From the sequence record MH595538.1: a stretch of DNA of 64,000 nt; one strand, written 5' to 3'. Made by a program: the position numbers and the translations under genes. The notes under the pieces are model-generated. The model made no database searches and was not told the origin of the DNA. It saw nothing but the letters and a program-made list of their open reading frames with translations. Below are positions 58,897 to 64,000 of this stretch, one piece after another (the stretch's first letter is position 1; each line of letters starts with the position of its first letter).

Positions 58897-59391
58897 TTAT
58901 AAAACTAAAGTCAAGTAGCCGTCTTCATCGACTATATATTTATCAATGTCTTCACCAGACGTGGTTAATTCTAAATAGCCATCATCAGATACTTCGAGAA
59001 TCCATAAACCTGTTTGAGGATCATAGAAATTCTCCCAGTAAGTGGGATCGGTTAATGCGGCATTAGATGCACCAGGGACATCGCTCTTAGCGCGATAGAA
59101 TCCTGATGCAAGGAATATTTCATCGCCCTTCTGATAGTCTTGTGTTGGATCATGAGACTTATAATAGGTTGCATCAGACACTGGACCGCCAGGACTGTTG
59201 CCGCCTGTCCATAACTGCTTCCAGTATTCTGTATCCGAAAGACTGACGTTACTATTTTCAGGTACGTCTTTGATGCAGCTATAAATCCCGTTACCGTCGA
59301 TAAAGACCATGTCTATTTCTGTGTATGCCGCATTGACATCATGCGTGGTCAGTACATCACCTCTGACACGAGCCAAAATTTTATCTATCAT
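58897..59391 (-). CDS. Small protein of two CBM-like repeats plus VDEDGYL tail; putative appendage adaptor
   Basis: MIDKILARVRGD matches MTDKVIARIKGD of 12535; THDVNAAY and SHDPTQDY repeats. Confidence 0.75.
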   Translation of the reverse strand: MIDKILARVRGDVLTTHDVNAAYTEIDMVFIDGNGIYSCIKDVPENSNVSLSDTEYWKQLWTGGNSPGGPVSDATYYKSHDPTQDYQKGDEIFLASGFYRAKSDVPGASNAALTDPTYWENFYDPQTGLWILEVSDDGYLELTTSGEDIDKYIVDEDGYLTLVL

Positions 59392-59479
59392 ATACGTCTC
59401 GATATTTTAACGGATGGAATGAATCTTACGTAAGATAACTAAATTGCTAGTATCTAAAAGATTCAATGTATCTTAATCT

Positions 59480-59496
59480 CTATATAACCATACTGA
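59480..59496 (+). promoter_or_regulatory. Putative phage promoter motif, copy 8
   Basis: CTATATAACC-ATAC-TGA in a divergent gap. Confidence 0.7.
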
Positions 59497-59517
59497 CTTT
59501 AATCAAGGAATGTAACG

Positions 59518-60066
59518 ATGAAGTATGCAATAGGAACCGAATATAATTGTCTTTTAGTGAGAGTACCAACTCTAGATAGAAAGACAAACGGAGATCTGAA
59601 GGTATTGACTGCTCGACGATCGCTTGACTTACACAGTGTAGAAAAAGCTCGCTTTGAACTGATCGCATGGCAAACCCGGCGCGGACAGGAAGAATGGGGA
59701 CGTAACCGATGGGAGCGAATTAAAGAAAAAGGATGTCTGTTATATACCTCACAATGGTTTGGCGTAAGGGTTGTCCTGGACGATCGTAAGAACGGACCTA
59801 GATGGATGACTAAGATGATGATCAAGTCAGAGGGGCAAAGATCCTATCGTGGATTTGGCATTAAAAAATACGGTGATGAAACTGCACGTAAGCTTGCTGA
59901 GTTTCAAGCTACTCTATGGCGTTGTCATTTATGTCAAACTGATCTGATTCTCCCTGAAGGAATTGTCAATGATTTAACTGATGGCCACATTGATCTATTC
60001 CCTGAGTTAGTTAAAATGACTAACGGCGATGCTATTTACTACGGTTATCTTGGAGATAAAGAATGA
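59518..60066 (+). CDS. AP2-domain DNA-binding protein
   Basis: GVRVV....PRWMTK......RGFGIKKYGDETARKLA matches the viral/apicomplexan AP2 pattern. Confidence 0.6.
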   Translation: MKYAIGTEYNCLLVRVPTLDRKTNGDLKVLTARRSLDLHSVEKARFELIAWQTRRGQEEWGRNRWERIKEKGCLLYTSQWFGVRVVLDDRKNGPRWMTKMMIKSEGQRSYRGFGIKKYGDETARKLAEFQATLWRCHLCQTDLILPEGIVNDLTDGHIDLFPELVKMTNGDAIYYGYLGDKE

Positions 60067-60377
60067 TTAAACTAAATACTGGCTTTGTAGAACAAAAAGC
60101 ATTGATCGAATTTCTTGACACTGTCCTTGAATCGACACACATCCCTGGGCCAAAGACTCCAAGAGGACGAATTGCCGAACGAGTAAAAGCAGCCGAAGCA
60201 GGAACAGTCGCTGTCTATACAGACAACAAACGAGATCCTATCGTTGTACTGCATCGAGAAAAGGGACTGTGTGTCCATGCTGACATGCAGCTTAATTTAA
60301 CCCATGAACGCATGTTGAGAAAGATAATGATCAAACATGCCGATAAGGAACCATTAGTATGCTTACCGAAGTCTTAA
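60063..60377 (+). CDS. Hypothetical protein
   Basis: ATGA-coupled 104-aa ORF. Confidence 0.7.
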   Translation: MIKLNTGFVEQKALIEFLDTVLESTHIPGPKTPRGRIAERVKAAEAGTVAVYTDNKRDPIVVLHREKGLCVHADMQLNLTHERMLRKIMIKHADKEPLVCLPKS

Positions 60378-61015
60378 TCCAGTTAGAACCTGGTATCTTA
60401 ATTAAAGAACATGGCTATGGCACCACCATTGTCAGTCGTGTACTGGACTATCCTGTTAAAGACAGTAACGGGAATGTCAAATTTAAAGCCAAGGTTGTTG
60501 ATTCAGACAGAATTATTGACTATGTCGCTGGCGGGACATATGGACCTAATATAGAGGTCGTTAATCGCTTAAACTTTAAAGATGGCGATATCTTTAAATT
60601 CTATAATGAACATGACGTATTTATTCACCAAGCAAATTGTCAATGTCGAATTAAGTCTGGTGTTGCTAAGGGCGTAAGTATCCATATGCCGGAACTGGTA
60701 GAAGCTGACAACCTTACGATCAAGGGCGATCCTCGTAAGTTAGGGACTTTCTCTACAGCAACGATAAATGATACGATTTGTATTAACTTGTATGGACAGT
60801 TCTATTACGGGACTGATGAAGTACAAACTGACTATGCGGCAATTAGTCGCGCATTAAAAGCCATAGGCATTATGTATCGCGGATTAAACATCTGCATGCC
60901 TAAAATAGGATCCGGTCTTGCAGGCGGCCATTGGCCAATTATTCAAGACCTTATTAATATTCACCTAAGACATTGCAGTGTAACAGTGTATTGTTATGAA
61001 GAGGAATCAGTATGA
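60359..61015 (+). CDS. Macrodomain protein (T4 Tk.4-like ADP-ribose-binding / hydrolase) with N-terminal extension
   Basis: GDIF...IHQANC...SGVA, INLYGQFYYG, MPKIGSGLAGGHW. Confidence 0.85.
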   Translation: MLTEVLIQLEPGILIKEHGYGTTIVSRVLDYPVKDSNGNVKFKAKVVDSDRIIDYVAGGTYGPNIEVVNRLNFKDGDIFKFYNEHDVFIHQANCQCRIKSGVAKGVSIHMPELVEADNLTIKGDPRKLGTFSTATINDTICINLYGQFYYGTDEVQTDYAAISRALKAIGIMYRGLNICMPKIGSGLAGGHWPIIQDLINIHLRHCSVTVYCYEEESV

Positions 61016-61842
61016 CTTTAAGAATTGTAAGTGCGGATTTTGAAACCGACTGTTTTGACGGCCCTTATGTATATGGCGATAAAGAATCGGGCTATCGTGT
61101 ACAGACCGACATCACCGGAGGCGTGCTAACGGGAGCCCGTAATGGCCATATCTTAGAGGCGTCCTTTCGTCTATTAGACCGGGATATGAATTATCTTGAT
61201 GACGTGAGTGTATTGATTCGCCATCCTAAATCCGTATGGAATGACATGAATGAAAGTGTGCGTGAATTTCACTCTAAATGTCACGAAGGTAAAGAATACA
61301 GCTTCCAAGAACGTTACTTTAAGTTCGTTTACGGGACGGATACCTTTGTTGATCAAACAGAATATCCGGGCATTGAAATTCACGAAGATGAAAACGGCAA
61401 TGAAGAGTGGGTAGCTGAATCAGTTGAGTGCTTAGAAAAAGCGATTATCCAGATGCTTAAGAATGATAATCCGGATCTTGAACTCTATGATATGCGCTCT
61501 GAAGACCAGTTATTCCTGCTCGGTAAATCGGTTCGCTTTGACCGTAATTTCATGGATGCGCAGATGCCTATCGTATCTCGAATGCTCAATCATCAGATCC
61601 TAGATCCTTCGGTGCTCAAATTAGCAGGTCGTCTATGGGGACCAGCTTATGAAATTCAGCCGCGTCGTTCTACACACGATGCTTATGAAGATTGTTTGGC
61701 TGCGGAAAAAGACATGGAAGTTCTCATGACTTTCTATAAGTCATTACCTAAAGTCAAATATCAGAAAGATGCTTATCGTGCCGTGCGTAATCCACTTTAC
61801 CGCACTTGGCTATGGATAAAGCGTCATTTAATAGGGGTGTAA
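61012..61842 (+). CDS. Oligoribonuclease-like DEDDh 3'-5' exonuclease
   Basis: ADFETD, GKSVRFDRNF..AQMP, LDPSVLK, THDAYED (parallels Orn GNSIGQDRRF..KYMP, LDVSTLK, HxAxDD). Confidence 0.75.
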   Translation: MTLRIVSADFETDCFDGPYVYGDKESGYRVQTDITGGVLTGARNGHILEASFRLLDRDMNYLDDVSVLIRHPKSVWNDMNESVREFHSKCHEGKEYSFQERYFKFVYGTDTFVDQTEYPGIEIHEDENGNEEWVAESVECLEKAIIQMLKNDNPDLELYDMRSEDQLFLLGKSVRFDRNFMDAQMPIVSRMLNHQILDPSVLKLAGRLWGPAYEIQPRRSTHDAYEDCLAAEKDMEVLMTFYKSLPKVKYQKDAYRAVRNPLYRTWLWIKRHLIGV

Positions 61843-61869
61843 TGCCCCTTCTTTTTTTGAGGAAAAACC

Positions 61870-62553
61870 ATGCGTAATATGATTGTCCTTAATGGACCGC
61901 CTGGCTGTGGCAAGGATGAAGCAGCTAAGATGATCATGGAAATGTTTTCTGGCACCGATCATAATCTTGTTGCCAAGCAGCACATGAACAAGTCTTCCAT
62001 CATTCGGATTGCTTGTAGTATTATCGGAATCACTGTTGAAGAATTCATGGATGGTTATTTTGATCTAACTGAAGATCGTTCATTGAAAGAGCGTGAACAT
62101 GCGATTCGAATGGAAAGCTTGACGGGTAAACGCTATCGTCGGTATAAAGAAGTGCCTTTATATCAGATCGATAAGAACTGGTACTCTAAGCGCACATTAC
62201 TGATTCATGTTTCAGAAATCGTTGTTAAACCATACTTTGGCGAAGATGCATTTGGCCATATCTTTGCAAACACGATTCCAGAATGTGACCTAGTGGTTGT
62301 GCCGGATAGCGGATTCCCTGATGAGCTTAAGCCATCCATTGAATTGCTAGGTGCGGAAAACATTGCTGTTGTCAAGATCTTCCGTGAAGGCTATGATTTT
62401 GAAGAAACTGAAGGTCAAGAAAAAGACAGTCGCCGTTACTTAGAGCGTGAAGACTTTGATTACAAGTTAATGTTCTGTGAAGTGCAAAACGTAGAGGGTG
62501 ATCTGTCTGTACTGCGTGGGCAACTCGAGACAGTACTTGCCAATTTTCTTTAA
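61870..62553 (+). CDS. Deoxynucleoside monophosphate kinase-like P-loop kinase
   Basis: LNGPPGCGKD, PYFGEDAFG, VPDSGFPDE. Confidence 0.75.
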   Translation: MRNMIVLNGPPGCGKDEAAKMIMEMFSGTDHNLVAKQHMNKSSIIRIACSIIGITVEEFMDGYFDLTEDRSLKEREHAIRMESLTGKRYRRYKEVPLYQIDKNWYSKRTLLIHVSEIVVKPYFGEDAFGHIFANTIPECDLVVVPDSGFPDELKPSIELLGAENIAVVKIFREGYDFEETEGQEKDSRRYLEREDFDYKLMFCEVQNVEGDLSVLRGQLETVLANFL

Positions 62554-62564
62554 AAGATAATATG

Positions 62565-62588
62565 CTCCTCTCCCTTGCGGGAGAGGAG
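62565..62588. terminator. Bidirectional hairpin
   Basis: CTCCTCTCCC-TTGC-GGGAGAGGAG between convergent genes. Confidence 0.75.
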
Positions 62589-62607
62589 GTGTTTTTAGTT
62601 TTTATTT

Positions 62608-63999
62608 TTATCTACGCCAACGAACATTGCCGAATTCGTCTATCTTCATTGTCACAATAGTACGCTTGCCGTTATTGTAAATAAGCGTATGTGACCAAGA
62701 CCATGAAGAAGGGCCTTTTGCATAATCAGGGTCTTTCTTACAGGTTATGCCTGATTGATAAACGCCTGACTTAATACCTGCCTTGTGTGAATGCCCGATA
62801 CACATTTTGATACCTAGTTTCTTGAATGCAAGCAAGCCACCTCTAGCTCCATCCAATCCGGTATCGCCATGGTAGCCACATTCAACATCCACAACAGGAA
62901 ATGACTCATCTTGCTTTAAGAAGATAGAACGAAGCTCTGGTCTGGACAAACGAATGTTCCACTCTAGAGGATCCACTTCTCTGTTTTCTTCGATGCCTTT
63001 ATATATCTCTGCTTGCGTCTCTAAGAAGAATCTCGCGTTAATTGGATCACGATGCCAATCTTTGACTTGTTCAAGCATATAACGCATTGTAGCGCGATCA
63101 TGATTAGAATTCACAACAACAGGAGTCACAAACTGATGTTGTTCAACGGCATGCAGTAAATTACCTACATTATCAATCTCATCCCGTATAGACTCTTCCC
63201 CGTGGATAAACTGGCGATAGCGGAAATGAGGGTTATTGATATTGTGATGGTTTCTTGGTTTAAAGTCACAGATATCGTGTCCCATTACAAAACAGGGCTT
63301 AAGATCTAACATTAAGGATTTAGCTTCAGAAGGACTAAAGCTCATTCGGCCATTGCCTAAATAGGCCACATCGATACCTAGTGTTGCTCTTGCGATATCT
63401 GGATGGATTTGGTTCGTATGAATATCACCAGGAACCAATCCTGCAATGGTTTGGTTTTCAAATGCACCATCAGCGGTATAGTAAGTATCATAATCAAAGA
63501 AATTACCGGTATCAGATTCTGCATTGACCTGTCTGACATGCACCATGCCTACTTCGTCAATTTCCAATACGAGACCCCCGATGATATGATCGAACTCTGC
63601 CTTCTGCCCTGCTTTCTGTTGACGATAGTTAGGTAAACTGATTGTTCCTGTCGTATACATCATGACAGGCTCTTCGCCTTTAGGCTGTGCAATAGACTGC
63701 AGTTCTTGCTTAACATGCCCAAAGATAGCCGAGTGTCCACGACAGAAACCTTCCATGCCAGTAAGGGGATTAACTGCAGACGGAGAAATATTAAGGTTAC
63801 CGCGCATGACCATTTCCTTAGAGAAACGAATCACGTCATCATTGATGTACGGCTTTATATCCCTGTCATATTGTCCCTGTCCCTTCTGAGAGGGCTGTCC
63901 TGCCATTTTGGCATAGGTGAACGTCGTAGTGATAAAGTCGGCGTCATTGCGCTTACAGAACGTTTTAATGGCATTTAAGAACCCTTTGTGGATATGGGT
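62608..63999 (-). CDS. Large phage calcineurin-like metallophosphoesterase, 5'-truncated at the window end
   Basis: Frame open to the window edge (THIHKGFLNAIKTF...); GDIH, GHDICD, NSNHD, HGD, GHSH motifs. Confidence 0.8.
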   Translation of the reverse strand, partial: THIHKGFLNAIKTFCKRNDADFITTTFTYAKMAGQPSQKGQGQYDRDIKPYINDDVIRFSKEMVMRGNLNISPSAVNPLTGMEGFCRGHSAIFGHVKQELQSIAQPKGEEPVMMYTTGTISLPNYRQQKAGQKAEFDHIIGGLVLEIDEVGMVHVRQVNAESDTGNFFDYDTYYTADGAFENQTIAGLVPGDIHTNQIHPDIARATLGIDVAYLGNGRMSFSPSEAKSLMLDLKPCFVMGHDICDFKPRNHHNINNPHFRYRQFIHGEESIRDEIDNVGNLLHAVEQHQFVTPVVVNSNHDRATMRYMLEQVKDWHRDPINARFFLETQAEIYKGIEENREVDPLEWNIRLSRPELRSIFLKQDESFPVVDVECGYHGDTGLDGARGGLLAFKKLGIKMCIGHSHKAGIKSGVYQSGITCKKDPDYAKGPSSWSWSHTLIYNNGKRTIVTMKIDEFGNVRWRR

Positions 64000-64000
64000 A

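Overview
64 kb segment of a large lytic dsDNA (jumbo) phage genome. phiKZ-like affinity is inferred from a terminase-like ORF and two prohead-protease-like ORFs. A Vibrionaceae-type gammaproteobacterial host is inferred from E. coli/Vibrio-like NrdAB, frequent CTA-Leu codons and a chitinase. Genes are dense and mostly on the + strand, in operons that begin at a phage-specific motif (CTATAT-H-A-Y-Y-N4-TGA, 8 copies) and end in intrinsic hairpins. Recognisable functions: NAD+ salvage (NadM-Nudix, NAMPT/NadV, PnuC), NAD-dependent DNA ligase, dTMP kinase, dNMP kinase, two metallophosphoesterases, GNAT, macrodomain, Orn-like exonuclease, AP2 protein, and class Ia nrdA and nrdB. Each nrd gene is split by a group I intron (454 nt ORF-less; 1138 nt with an HNH endonuclease), and the two introns share an 85-nt block with only 5 mismatches. 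Most notable: (i) six dispersed proteins carrying CBM5/12-like repeats, four with different glyco-enzyme-type heads (GH18 chitinase, SGNH esterase, two beta-helices) and two without; (ii) a phage-encoded PagP-like outer-membrane barrel; (iii) two candidate structured small RNAs; (iv) several apparently catalytically dead paralogs of core enzymes. No tRNA, rRNA, CRISPR array or integrase was seen. All family assignments come from motif recognition by eye, not database searches.
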